Shown one piece after another: positions 22,006-35,379 of a stretch of DNA of 46,952 nt. This DNA is from Phoronis australis (Eukaryota > Animalia > Phoronida): NCBI GenBank assembly GCA_002633005.1, contig NMRA01001157.1, forward strand, positions 1 through 46,952, written 5' to 3'. The translations under genes and the position numbers were made by a program. The notes under the pieces were generated by a model. The model searched no databases and was not told the origin of the DNA. It saw nothing but the letters and a program-made list of their open reading frames with translations. How positions within the stretch are numbered: position 1 is the stretch's first letter; each line of letters starts with the position of its first letter.

Positions 22006-24747
22006 AAATCTCCCAGCAAACGGAAATTGTTGCTGTTATAATGTCCAAGAGTTTCTCTGTGATTGGTACTTTATGTCGCTTGATAAGACTCACGAACGCT
22101 GATATACATGTATACGCCGTAAGAAATATCATGAAGTCAACAAATACCGTAATTGGTACTAACAGTGACGTATTCAAATTTGAATTCTGACGTCATCAAT
22201 ACATTGACGTCACACACGCAATACGCATTAATGAACTCGAGATTGTGAAGCCATTGTTGCGACAATTGCGAAATTTTATATTAATAGACGTAATATTCAA
22301 AGAATCCATACTTTTCGTTTTAGGCGATGTGTTTGGAAAATAAAGTGACTGCACTTTTGACTGCAAACAAACAGCAACATGTATAAGATAACGTTAAATG
22401 ATGCATGCCGTTTCATGGCGATACAAATGTCTACAGATTCTTAGGAAATCCACTCGTTTTGCTGTCATTTGCATACCCTTAGGCAATGATTGTGCCAACT
22501 TAAGTTCAATCGTTGTCGGACTGACAACCTACCAGGCAAGTGGCCACCTTTCATGTCTGAGGTCCGCGCACGCATCCTACACTTTTTCTGTGCATGTGGT
22601 CACATACTGTGTGGGGTGAATGTTTTCGGCCTTGGGTAATTTCTTGTCAATCACATTGAACCCACGTTACCCTAAACAGCTCTTTATCAGGAAACTGAAT
22701 GAACAAAAATTGGAACGCTTCACGATTTTGCGTGTCATCCTTGCGCCAGGGGCCATGCTAACCATCTCTGTATCCTTCCCATCATAGCATATGTGCAGCT
22801 TAAAGCTGTACGAATGTGATGTCTTAGCTTTCGTATATATAAAAGCAAAAGTCAGACAGTTTACTACACTGGCATTAGCACGAATACACAACGTATTGAA
22901 TGGCCGTCTCTCACGCTTCTGGCAACGAAGACCACTTGCGCCATAGAACGGTCAGCAGCCAATCACAGATTTTCACATTCACCATGGCAAACATTTAGAA
23001 CACCACTTACCAATCGCACTAGACCTGCGTTCTAAATCTTTCGGCCAACAGCCACTCACAGGCTCCGTTTCATTTACTTTCGAGTCGTCTGAGTAAAATT
23101 ATTTGGACACAGCTGATCGGCGTCTCTGAAAAAACATTGTGACCTGTTTTCGTCGCTGAAAGCCGAGTTAGGGTAACTTGTGCTGATCGTACGTTAGGAT
23201 ATAAGTGTAAGTATACCTTGACTCCCTTGTGTGCCAATATTTAGGTCATCAGACAATATTTTCTGCGAAGATTTGTCGAAAACTAACAGCATGTACATGT
23301 ATATAGAATTCGACTTCGACCTGTAACCGGCCGTGAACTATTCGTTGTTATTAGAGGGTTAACAAACCAAGGCGATCACTTTATCTCGAGTCCAAAACAG
23401 ACGTGAATGACATTGGAAACTACTGGTGTCTAGTGTATTAAATATAAGCTTATTTGCTAAAAGGCAAATTAGTCAAAACGTACTACACAGGCAATCCACG
23501 TCCTAGCACTGTAAACTGACAGGCGTCATCAGGTTCTGATGGACGATCAGAAGCTGAGGACGCCAGTGTTTTAATTATGACGATAAATCAGGTGTGAATG
23601 TACCAGATAGGAATTAATTATAGCCTCACAGTATTTTAACTTTTCTCGTGAGCGATGGTAGGTTTTGATCGTAAGCAAAACTTAATTAGTTTAGTCAAGT
23701 GTGAACCAATCCCTGAACTTTCCAGGTTGCTCACCTACAATAAATATTTCACAGCAAACAAAACTACACATGTCAGTCGTTCAAATTTATTCTTTATTAG
23801 AATATTAGAACTCAATTCATAAAATGTATACAAAACTTCAAATGTAGTGGTGGTCTAACTGAAGATTTGGTATCTGTGGACAATTTCGGTAACACTGACT
23901 AGCTATTCTAGCTTGATGTCAGTCATAAAAATGAGGGTGGGCACAAGTTTAGTACAACTGTTTCCTAGTAAGAAAGTCTGGTTAAACCTTACATGTACAT
24001 GTAGATATTAGTAAAGAGATTCGCGACTCAGTGAAGTCTCGCGGCCTAACGCAAAAGTACGTAAGCAGGATTCAAATCTTCCGGTCTCATGGCTAAGCAT
24101 AGTAACGAAGGTGAACTTTGGTTTTTATTTCACGCACGTCAAGCAAATTTTTGAGTTTGAAATTAATTTGTTGTGTTTAATGCAAACTAAATCGCGTATG
24201 CGAGCCATTCAAGTCGGGTTATTGGTACGAAACGTGTCGGAATTAACTTGACAAGTTGTTGATCGGCCCGCTTGCTGGCACAGTTCAACACACGAAGACG
24301 AATCGAGGAGTTTGGCCCAATAAGAAGGTTGAGCTAAATGGATAATTCTTTTCACCAGTTGAATTCTCAGTCATTTACGATGAAATTTAGTTTGAATTTT
24401 GTGATTCTGTATGAAGTTTGGATCGACCTAAATGCAGTTTCTCATTCGTCACTACGTTTACAATTCATAAGCCATGGTTTACCAATATATCCGAAATTCA
24501 GCAAGAGCGAAATTTTGCCATTTTTCATGATTTTCAGAAGCTCATATATATTAGCATGATGAAAAGTGGTGGACAATGAAAAGTATGCCATCGAAATATT
24601 TAAACTTCTTTATATTGATATCCGTTTCAAAAAATGGGAGCATTCATGAATATTTTTAAAAATCGAAGTACTTCAGCACTTGAGAAGGGGTTAAATTTTC
24701 AGTTGCTAAATGGCCGTTACTGAATCGATTTTAATGATATGTATATC

Positions 24748-24902
24748 CAGGGGCGGATCCAGGATTTTGTGTAAGGGGGACCAGAGCAGAGTATTAGCCA
24801 GGATTTTGTCATTCAGACATTGGCACTCCCGATCGGCCAAATGGAATTTGGGGGAATTTTGGGGGGTGTAGTCCTCTTGGGCCCCCTCTAAATCCGCTAT
24901 TG
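24748..24902. mobile_element. Short hAT-like MITE
   Basis: Ends CAGGGGCGGATCCAG and CTAAATCCGCTATTG (imperfect TIR); no 8-bp TSD retained. Confidence 0.6.
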
Positions 24903-26977
24903 ATGTCAAACTGCTAAAAACATCTGCCTTAAGTGTACACTTTTATTTGTTTTTTATAAAAGTATGGGAAAATGTATTTTTTTTAATTTAAAGCCTTTTC
25001 AATTTCTAACCTGGAAAATCCTGCAAGTGTACTCTCAACGTAACAATTACTATCGTATCCTAATCCATTCCTCATCAATTATTGTTCACGTCATCTCACC
25101 ATTTCCATTTAGCAATACTTCCAAAAAAGGTAAATTCAGTCTGTTTGAAGAACCATGCAGACCTTTCCAGGGTTAAAACTGAACTCAAATTTGATTGGTC
25201 AAATGGATTAAACAGAACCAGTCAAAACTTCCCTAAATTACATAAAGTGACCCAAATTGGTGAAATATTTTCATTATAAAAGTACAGAATATTTTTAAAA
25301 TTCAATTTAACTTCAGTTTTGGGGATAGATTCAGTCTATTTTCTTCAAAAATAATTTTGTTACATGACTTCTACCTTGTGGTGCTGTGATCAGTTTCATT
25401 TTTAAAAATTATATTTTGCATTAAAATAATTGTTTATTCAAGGCTGCAGTACATCAAAACCGTTTAAAATACGAGTATGCTCTTTTTGGATGGTCACTAA
25501 CACAACGCCTCTCAATTCTTATATTATTTGACAGGAATGAAATTGATTTAAATCTCATTGAAATTTTATTGTCCAATTTAATTTTGTTTAATTAAAAATG
25601 CACATGATCATTTTAATCATATGGTGCGTAACTTAAGATTGTGAAAACATTGATCTCACTTGGGGAAAAAGAATAATTCATATAACCTCAAAATTTTTGA
25701 ATAAATGACGAAATACTCTCACAAAAAACTAGGTTTCTGGTTTTTGCTATTTTTGAAATCATTTGTTACACCAATTTCTTTTTTATAATTATTTTGAAAT
25801 ATTTTAGAACAAAAGAAATATTTTCACCGAACCATGGTAATTCTTGGAGTGTTTTGTCGTTTTAAAACTGGTTTGGTAGCGATATGTTGTTAACCTACTC
25901 GTAAAGGATTCTATCTTTCTTTAGCAACACAGTAAGCGATGGATTCCCAAATATAGTTGTCTAAACTTGATATTTTTGTGGCCTGAAATTTTTGGGTGCT
26001 ATTTGCTGAAAAAAGGGCTATTTTTGAGGCTGCAAAAATTAAAAAGCTCGAAAGCCGCCTAAACAATTTCAAAAATATATATAAATGGCTAAAGATACCA
26101 TTTTAGACTATTGAAGTGTTTCTGATGAAATTTGTATTTTGCTTTGCTCTGACATCTCTATTTTGTAAAACATAGTATGCAAAGGGTGTTTTTGTATTCA
26201 TTCTCAGAAATGTATGCAACACTGTTGTTATGTTTTTTCCTGTTTGTTATTGTAAGAATCCCATTATATATTCGTGTTGCCATTTTTCACTTACCAATTG
26301 TATAATAAGACAGGGGAATCTCAGACCCTCTGTTACGTACTCATTGGAACTGGGAAATAAAAATATGAAAAATGTCTATTTTGTGTGTTCTGTGCTATCT
26401 GATAACCACTAAGAATAAGGCTGACAGAACACCTTTAATAACCCGAGTCTTTAACTCACATGTTCTCTATTTTCAAATTTTATGGTATTTTGTTTCAGTT
26501 GGTGATTTCATTTCATGTTATAACTTTTTCTTCTGCAGGCAAAAATATAAAACACTTAAAACTGAATTCCCTTCACTGTGTATAAAGTGCAAAAACTTAA
26601 TTCATAAAAAATATACTATACAAGTTTCTTTTCGAGCATTGAATATCTGTTGGGGTCACAAAACCCTAAAGAAATTTACAGTGCCAACTGGTCCTTCCAA
26701 ATTTTGACGTTTTCAATTCAATCGCTGGTTATTTCCACTACTCAATAGTGGCACTGATTCTGTTATGGCAATTAAACATTCACGCTCAATGCGATACCGA
26801 AAATTAGCTCATTTTAGTTAAAAAGCCATAGAAGAGTCCTGGGGGAAGAGTTCACTTTCACAAAATCACGTTCCAGATACAACTCTTCGTTCCATATTAC
26901 TTTATAGATATTCTATGTATTGTGACATTTAGAGGATGTTCAGAAACTGAAAGAGAGAAATAGACATTAGGTCTTAA

Positions 26978-29969
26978 GAGTGACTCCATATAAAAACCAA
27001 CACGTAGAGTCTATACCCAAAATCACCGATTTTTTTTGAAACTTAGCACATGATTTTGGTTTGTTGAGATGTAGAAAAACCTCACTTTTTAAGAATTTTT
27101 ATTCATTATTTTTCTTTTTATGACCTGTACCTCCATTTTGCAACAAAATTGGGTGTCGAAGTAGGCATGTTTGAATGCATTTTACTAGCATGTGTGGTAA
27201 GGTCAAAACAAATGAATAATACGAATTGAAAGGCCAATGGCTGAATAATTTAATGGCATAACTTTTAAAATCCATTTTTAAAATTTTACGTTTTGAATTT
27301 GTGTGGCAAAAAAGCCTATTTTTCAGGTTTTTACTGAAGCCATTTTCGGCCAAATTTGTCACTCTGTAGCAGCCATAACGCACCTTCCTGAAATTGACTT
27401 CATAATAATTTGTTCAGTAATTCCCAACCTGTTCATAATCTGAAATAAAAAATCTTGCCTCTAATGTAGTTTTTGCGTACGAAGCATTACACGAACTACA
27501 CTGCGTTCTTTTGCATGTTCTCAGTTGCTTCTGCTGCCAATAGGGGGCTCTTGGAACATATAATTAGCTTGCGAAACATGACAAAAAACCTTGTATTTTG
27601 GAGAAAAGGCAGACAGCATTATTAATTACCATTCTCTGAAAACGGCATTGATGATTATTGCTTATTACAAAAATATGTACGTAAATCAACTGGCAAGCGT
27701 GCTTATAAATGATAGATGGCGCTGCTTTTGTTTACGTGGAGACTGAAGAGCATCTAGAATAAGAGCAGTAACACGAGGACCTTGCTATTATTCATGACTT
27801 CGCAAGACATTGCCCTGCATTTTAAATGAAAACACGTGGTTTTAGATAGATTTTAGAGAGGTTTTAGTGTTAATGAACTCACCCCTGCCTTGTTTTCTAT
27901 CGGCCTTTTTCGTGCCACAGGCAAAGGAAGGCATCCAAGGTGGATATGGCCCCCTAGTGTTCAATGCAAAAAATGCTTCAACTTGTCAATAGTCATTGTA
28001 ACTTTGGGTTCATATTGTAATGTCCCTGCTGGTTGCTACAAATTTTAGTCGCCACCAGTCGCCAGAAATCTGGTGTTCCCCCCAAACGTCGGGCACCTTA
28101 ACGCTGAATATTTCTGCGAGTGTGATCATCAGTGGTATAAAATGGTACACATTCACAGTCAATAGAAAATAATTCACGAGAGACAATTTTATTAATAACT
28201 CATTCATGACAGACGTGAAGTAAACAGAAGTAACGGTCTCGACTTCATATATCACACATCGTGGTATGCTACAAAACTAGGCTAAACGATGAGCTCGATT
28301 ACCTGGCACTTCATTCAATAAATCTGACGACATAACAGCATCTTCAGCAGAAATAGCATCGTAATAAGCATTGTTGCAGAGCTCGAAAAAAATCCACCAA
28401 TCTGCGATTCACTTAACATCACAGGTAAACACTTTCCCAGTGGGTTCTCATAAAGTTTTCTCCATTTTGGCACTTCCGAGGGTGAACGTTTTTATCTGGC
28501 TTATCTCCTTCCACGAATATGTTCGTCAGAAAGTTCTTAACCTTTGCGGAAAATCTTGTTGACCTTTTACCTTTTCTCAATGCCTAACCTATTGCTTCAG
28601 CATTCGTCTCATCTACACTGTACTCTGAGGCTGCCTCAAATGACGCTCCGGTTCTTGCATCTGAGAGCATTTCTGACCACGTTCGTGCGATGTGGTCATA
28701 CGTGGTTTCCCTCTGTAAATTTTCAGTGTGGTTACCTACATCCAAATGCTGACCTAGTTCTGCGTCTGTAGCAAAAAATTCGAGTAACCTTGCTGGGTAC
28801 AAGGGAACTTTTGTTAGGCTCTTCACTAGATACAATGGGCCAACCTTAACTCCTGGTGTTGAAAATCCGCCTTGTCTAGAGATGTTAGTGTATTTAGAGA
28901 AATAGGTTTCCCATTTTCTCAGTATTTGTATGAACTTACGGTCACCTACATGGAATGATTTCTACACGCGAATTCCTTGGGTGGAATAGTGGGAATTTGG
29001 GAATGTGCTTATACCAGGAACTGAGTATTTTGGAAAAGACTTTGTTGCGTCGACTGAACTTGCATACACATAACATCCCCTCACACGGCCACTGGAAAGT
29101 AATGCTTCTTTCAAATCCAAAAAGTTTATGATATTGTTACCTTTGGCTGCAAAATACTTCGGATGTTGTTTTAATGGAGCAATCTTGCGATCACAGAGAT
29201 CCTTTCCATTCTGACTTTCACTAAAGTCATATCTCGAAACAGAAGTGCCGGTAGAATTTGACAAGGCTGCTACGTTCAGGAGGAGAGGAGCAGAGTGGTA
29301 ACATCCAGCATTACCTGACTCTTCCAAGGCTGGTCCTGTTCAGTCAGAAATTCACCGACTCTGGGTAGTACGAGTCCGTACTCTGCCACAGGCCATGATT
29401 TGTGAGGTAGTTTCCCGTATCTCAAATGTTCAGTGGAGACAGTTTTGCAAGACAATTTTTACTGAAGTGCAAAGTTGAGGCAAGATTTTTTATTGCTTAG
29501 TCATCAAGACTAACTCTTCAACTGTATGTTCTAAACGTCACATAAGGCTACAAGGTGTTTTATGGCAGTAAGAAGGTCACAAAAAGGGCCACTAAAATTA
29601 GCCCCAAAAAGTGGTCTGTGGATTATCTCCCCTGTCTAGCACAAAACTGTTAGATTTTAATAAATGATACAGAATTATGCACAGCATACGTTGGTTATTT
29701 CAGCCACCAAAATATAGCTTTTGATCTGTTTTGTATGTTACTCATATTTGTTGCTGAAAACATGCGATTTTTGATACGGCTAATATGCCCAATTGTGTCA
29801 ATTTGTATTATCGTGCTCCAGCGGCGAAATTAGGGGTCATTGAGTGCACAAAATTTGGCATTTGGGTTTTTGTTAGGATACCTACCCATGTACAAAAAAT
29901 GAAGTTGTTTTAAATTTTGACGTGTAGATTGATTTTTGAAAATCTACTGGTTTTTATATGGACCGCCTC
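26978..29969 (-). mobile_element. Sola3 DNA transposon, internally deleted
   Basis: TTAA flanks (26974-26977, 29970-29973). Termini GAG...CTC with TIR GAG(tgac/gcgg)TCCATATAAAAACCA. Internal transposase fragment present. Confidence 0.8.
28370..29330 (-). pseudogene. Sola3-type DDE transposase, C-terminal fragment
   Basis: SGNAGCYH..RYDFSESQNGKDLCDRKIAPLK matches the Sola3 SDNAGCYH..FSE.Q.GKD.CDR motifs, with the catalytic Asp replaced by Gly. Downstream HLDVGNH..TTYDHIARTW; stops and frameshifts present. Confidence 0.78.
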
Positions 29970-32499
29970 TTAATGAGCATGCCCACCTTCATAATCATAA
30001 GTATCACTTGCCAAGAAACTGTGGAGAATATGTCAACTCAGTCGATGATGTGCTGCTATTGAAAGTATTGAGAGTCCTTTTTGATTACATTCACGAAGCC
30101 CATTTTGAATGAGCAGCAAACAGGTTCATGCTGCTCTTGTTAGCGCGACATTCTTGTTACCCCGTCCATTTGTCAGTTTTTGCAGTATTTCACACCTGCT
30201 GTGTACCATTGCATATTTGATTAGCTTTTACTTTGTGGTGGTATTACTGAGTCATTTTATTTCCACTTGATGAAACAAGTATTTTCGAAATATCGTTTGT
30301 CGTCTCTTGGTCAATTTCTTTACCAATGTTCTGACGATACGAACGGAATGGAATAAAGATTGTTAACAGCAACAAGTGTCATGTATCGAACCAATTTTGC
30401 ATAATCGCAGCTATGTTTAGAAATTGCCTTACAATGTACTTTTGGCCTATGATAGTAGTGACAGCAAATTTTTGACACACAAGTTTTTGACACTCAAGTT
30501 TTGCAAATGATATGTCACTGTCAGTTAGCCTTTGGCCCTTCCCCCTGAAACAAACATTGTGTGAATTACAAATACTTATTGTGCAACATTGTTACAAATT
30601 CATTTTTGTTGGTTAATACATGTACTTGTGCTTATGATTATGAGCTGATTTGTACGGTACTCAATTTAAACAAACATCAATACTAATTGCAACAAAAAAA
30701 ATCAGCTGGTGCGACTGTGTAAGTGTAAATGATAAACACGGGAAAATCAGCTGAAGACGTTTCTGGCGTTAATAACTCATAACATGTCTGAATTATCTTG
30801 TGAATGTTTTAAATGACATGACAGAGAACAGTATACGCATTTTATTTTTAAAAGTCTTAAAACACTCCAAGAAATCAAGCAATTCGACTCATTACTTTAC
30901 CAAACCTTGACACGAGGGAACGACCGCTCCATAAAACCGGAAGTTTTCTATCATGCGTGTGCAGCGCCCTCTCATCGTTAGTGCATATGTCCCGTGGCCC
31001 GCGACATGCGCAACGCGCTCTAGCGGGAGTTGGCAGTCCCTATCTATAGTCTATGGTTAAACGAGATTTAAAGAATATTAAAAGAATGATGCATGTTATA
31101 TTGTTCATTCTGATCAGCGTTAGTAATTACAACGAGTATATTCATACGCACCCAATGTTTTTAGCTTATTAGTTCATCGATTTTTAAAAACAGAAAATCA
31201 TACTTGGTTCTTTTTTCCTGCTGACTGCTGCTGTGGTATTTGTTTTTAATGAAAATTATTGGTTAATGTATTTTGAAAATTCGCAATATGTACTCGCAGA
31301 GATGTTTTCTACGATTCATGGTGGGTAATTACACTAATTGGGTTTTGTTCGCACCGGGAAACGCTGTCATCACAACAGTATCCGACTCCGGCTCCGCGCT
31401 TTCTTTGATCCTGGTAAAAGCCGCTTGATGGACGAGCGGCGAAAATTCCTGCATATCTTTAGAAATGCGTGACTTCCTTGTAAGCGTATTTTTCACGGCA
31501 TGTTGGTCGGGGAAACAATTACCAATGGCCTTTTTCTACTCGACAAACCCCATTCCCTTAGTTCGGGCTCATGTAAGCACTTGAGTACTTGACCGAGGCT
31601 GTGGTTCATTGTCCTTATATAAAATGCCGGCAAGAAAGCTCAACTTCCTGATGTTCGTATTGAATGGCCGTCTCTTTTTCGAACAGAAAGATCAAACCTT
31701 GTATCAGCCACTGAGCCAACATAAAACAAACATGATAAAACCTTTGGTCAGCACTGTACAAATGAATAGGTGGGTAATTTAATGAACGCATGCTAATATC
31801 TGGTTACAATTAATAATAAGGGTTAAGATATTTTACTGGAATCGATCTCCTTAACTTTCTGAGTAACTTAAATTCCCAGCATTACTGATATGATTTGTGT
31901 TCTTGACAACATCAGTTGTGAGGAACCGAGGTTGCCTATAATTTCCAATTACCTCTAGTGTGTAACTCCATTCTTAATAGGTGGATGAAGATGCGAAGAT
32001 CATGGGCGGCGTACATGTACATGTATCACTGAAAAAAGTGGGAACATAGCCCCTCCAGCCCCCTATAGTGAACCGCCCGTGGAATAGAGTCAGAAATTGC
32101 GGTGTTGACCCGTCTGACCCAGAATGTGTTCTCTCTTTTTTCTATGAGGGATGCAGTTCGGAAAAACTTCCATGTGTCTGTCATAGAATGACATGGGTTG
32201 GACGACAATGATCATGGAGTCCCACCAGTTACTTTGTTTACAAATGAGCTCCGTTCCAAACACTGCCAATCGTGATTCTTGGATATAACGACTCAGTCTT
32301 AAGCACGAACACCATCTGAGGCACGTGTCAGGGTTGCGGCGACCAACGGCGGTTTTAAATTTAAGAAGACTGAATGGGACCTTCTGTCTTCAGTTTGTGA
32401 AGACTGTCAGGGGCATGGTAGTTTTCTAAATTCATTTAGATTCGACCGGTTCCGTCGGGTGCGGTTGAGGCACAGTGGCTGCTAAACTAGCTCAGTCGC

Positions 32500-33980
32500 G
32501 CTATCAAATGATGCGACCTTGAGATGGATTTGATGAATGAAACGCAGTTGATATCTCATCGATATTCCTTCTTCGTATTCCTTTAAAATGATACTAACCC
32601 CTTTGATGATTTACACCAATCCTCGGTCTGCCACCCGCTAAGCAGAACCGGGGTCAGTCGTCCAATTAAAAGTATACCAAACTTGGTTTCGGCCAATTAA
32701 CAGACACAGTGTACTAAAAGGACTTTCTTATCAGGAACTCTGAAATAAATAATACTCTCTGTAACGGCTCGACAACCCTCAAAAGTTTTGAGGAAAGTTA
32801 GAAAACTGTCGAAGTCTGCTAAAGGTGAAAGCATGACCTACGTTGTTAGAGAGTTACTCGGCATTTTGGGGGAAAAGACCAACCGCCATAGGCCATAGTG
32901 TCCAATTCGTGAGATAGTGGGTATTGGAATTTTCAGTTGGTTTCTGCTTTTGTCTTTCAAGATTGGCGCCAATGACGCTTCAGAAGTTGAGAGAACGAGG
33001 ATTTGTTGAAATCATCAAAACTAGTTTTAGAATGTTTTTAAAGGAAGACATCAATTACAAATTCATACACCCCATGTCACAGCTTGGACATTATGGTCCC
33101 TGGTGGGTGGTCTTTTCCCACAGTTGCCGTATAATTCGCAAATAGCAATAGGACACACTTGCTCGTTTAGCTAACTTTGAAAGGAGTTTTCATTTTTTTT
33201 CGAAACTTTTGAGGGTCGCCATGGTTTACGGAGTGTTATTTTGTTTCAGAAAACTGGACGGGAAAGTTATTTCTATTGTCTGTCAATATGTCGAATCTGG
33301 GTTTGGTATTCCTTTAAAAATGCAAGAACGCACTGTCTCATTTTTGACCACGAAATCAATAATACTCGAAGGGTGTTTTCGTGAAACATGTACATATTGT
33401 ACACTGTAGGTACACCACTCAGCGCATCTAATAACCAAAGTGTTGTTTACTTTTTCGTGCAAAAGTATAGAAATTATGTGGGAGTTCCAATTCCAAATAT
33501 TAGATGTTTTGGGAGTAGTGGACTTTTGGGGTAGTAAGCCTAGAGAATAGTGGGCTGTTCCAATTTCCAACGATGTAAGTAACAACCAAAAATACAACAA
33601 GATGAAAAATATCGTCAAGTCATTCTCAGACTAAAAAAATCAGTCTGATTATGTAATGTGTTGTATTCACTCATTGAAGTACGCCTGATCTGAAAGTTTG
33701 GAGGAAAATAATGCGAGCACGTTCTCGTTCTAAACCACATAACATATCCGAATTTGAGTTAAATTCTTTACTAGCAAACGTCACGGCATTGTCGCTTCCG
33801 TATCATCTCAAGCACATAGCTGAGAGTCATAGTTGTGTGTTCAGATTTCCGTCCCCCTAATTAAGTTGCGTCAAGGGCCTTACCTAAAACGCTACAGTGT
33901 CGACCTTTGCAAAATATCAAAGGTCCATTGTTCTAGACATTAGAACCACCCCCTGTGCAATGCTGGCTACGGACCTGTGC
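32500..33980 (-). repeat. Copy A of a diverged duplicated segment (copy B at about 38645-39400), interrupted by an insertion; may contain a small signal-peptide pseudogene
   Basis: Collinear shared blocks: AAATGATGC..CTTGA.ATGGATTTGATGAATG; ACACCACTCAG.GCATCTAATAACCAAAGT; AATAGTGGGCTG..CC..TTCCAACGA; CCCCTAATTAAG.TGCGT..GGCCTTACC. Confidence 0.75.
32754..33235. mobile_element. Old MITE with about 165-bp diverged TIRs
   Basis: ACCCTCAAAAGTTT...GGGAAAAGACCA.C..CCA..G.CCATA.TGTCCAA at 32775-32935 is mirrored at 33060-33220. A related terminal fragment lies at about 39700-39735. Confidence 0.7.
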
Positions 33981-34834
33981 ATTACTTTATTGTCTGTGCA
34001 TGGTTTCGAATGAGAAGACAATGCAAGTTTCCTTCAGTATCATAAGTTGTTTCCGTTTGATCAAGGAATAAGGTTTGGGCCAATTTTATGTTGGAAGGTG
34101 TTCGAAATCAAAAATTTGTTTCTTGTACAGAACACTGTCTCATAGCCTCGTTAAGCGACAGTTTTAGGTATTGTTTTAAGAAACCTTCGATTTTGAATTT
34201 TCCTCACGTAACGAGGTAAAAAGAGATTTTTACGGGAAAAGCTTGTGTAGAAGTGTGGACGAAGACAATTTTTAGTGACATTATAGGCACAAAAGATAAT
34301 CTTCTGAGAGCAGGTCACCTTTCAAGACTTCTTATTATCGTAGAGATGAAAAAGTCGTGAAAACCATTACCATAATTTCATTTCCCAATAAATGTACCAT
34401 TCATAATACACGTACACCTCTCATTAGGTCCACGCCGCCTTACGTGTAGAAAATTCTCATAGCGGCTGCAGGGACCTTTAAGATTCATGTCGCCAGCTAA
34501 GCAGGTCAGCCACCTTTATTAAGATAGGGATCTCATCATAAGGTCACAAAAAGCGGAGAACTCATAAAAATCAGAAACGATCCTGCCAGGCATTGACCGG
34601 AGAGCGGACTTTTGTACTGAAAAAGGGGGTCCCGCATTTTGGTTACCTTAGAAAATGCCCCTAAATTATTATGTGGGGGCAACATTCTAATGTTACCGAA
34701 AAGCTTGACAATGTATATTAAAAATGGGTACCACATTTCAGGCTCGAAAATGTATTTTGCTTAGGCCATAATAATAAGAATAATTCTTTTAAGCATGGCA
34801 TTATGAATTACTCATTGTCGGTATAATTAATCGG

Positions 34835-35379
34835 CTATGGGCTAACAGCATAAACCTCGACGTCCGTCCATTTGACATTTTGTCCACAACCAACTGGTCC
34901 CCCGAGGTAAGTGAGATTTATTTCGGAACAGTAACCATCGCTGGCAAAGTACTTAGAGGCTGCGTTGTAGCTGTAGGATCCAGAGAAGAACCTCAAGTCT
35001 CGGTTGAAGCCAAACGTCGGCCCGCTGCTGGTTCGAAAATAGAGAGCAAAATCGCTGAGTGTTGACGTCACGTTAAATCGTTTGCTGGCGCAATTCGATT
35101 CGCAAATACGAAACAAAAACGCATCGCTGTCTTTTCCGTAGTTCATAAATGCACTTGATTCCCAGAACCGAGATGCGTAACCCCCATATATCGTGCCGTT
35201 CGTAGCTTCTTTACCTATGGTGACAGTCGGACCCTTGTTGTCGCACAGTTGGTGGAAAGCTGTACCCACCATGCCGTCACGGGTCGCACGGTAGAGCAAT
35301 TTAAACGTCCTGTTGGGTAAGTACTGGCGGATTTGCGACACCTGCTGATCGGACAAGAGTGCTGAACACTCGATGGACT
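34835..35379 (-). CDS. TLDc-domain protein, exon 2 (final coding exon)
   Basis: Uninterrupted frame with TLDc motifs LLYRATRDG..FHQLCDNKGPTVT..YGGY..W..DSDAFLF..GPTFG..DL..DVEVY and stop TAG at 34835. Candidate acceptor TTCAAG| is in phase 1. Confidence 0.88.

Larger units (their letters stand above)
19666..22177 (-). pseudogene. Disrupted long ORF (about 830 codons) encoding an acidic Gly/Asp/Asn/His/Pro 11-aa repeat protein of unknown function
   Basis: ORFs 21397-21708, 20602-21366 and 19666-20514 share one frame, separated only by stops at 21397, 20602 and 20521. Two frameshifts (about 22020 and 21720) link the upstream ORFs. Repeat consensus is about GHDTPYGNGDP; the C-terminus is KKSRKNK..SWWRRLLCCAPSPKD. 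Confidence 0.6.

Noticed and set aside
24950-26900. Short AT-rich ORFs as exons
   Set aside because: No domain motifs, low-complexity composition and no consistent splice chain; probably old repeat-derived DNA.
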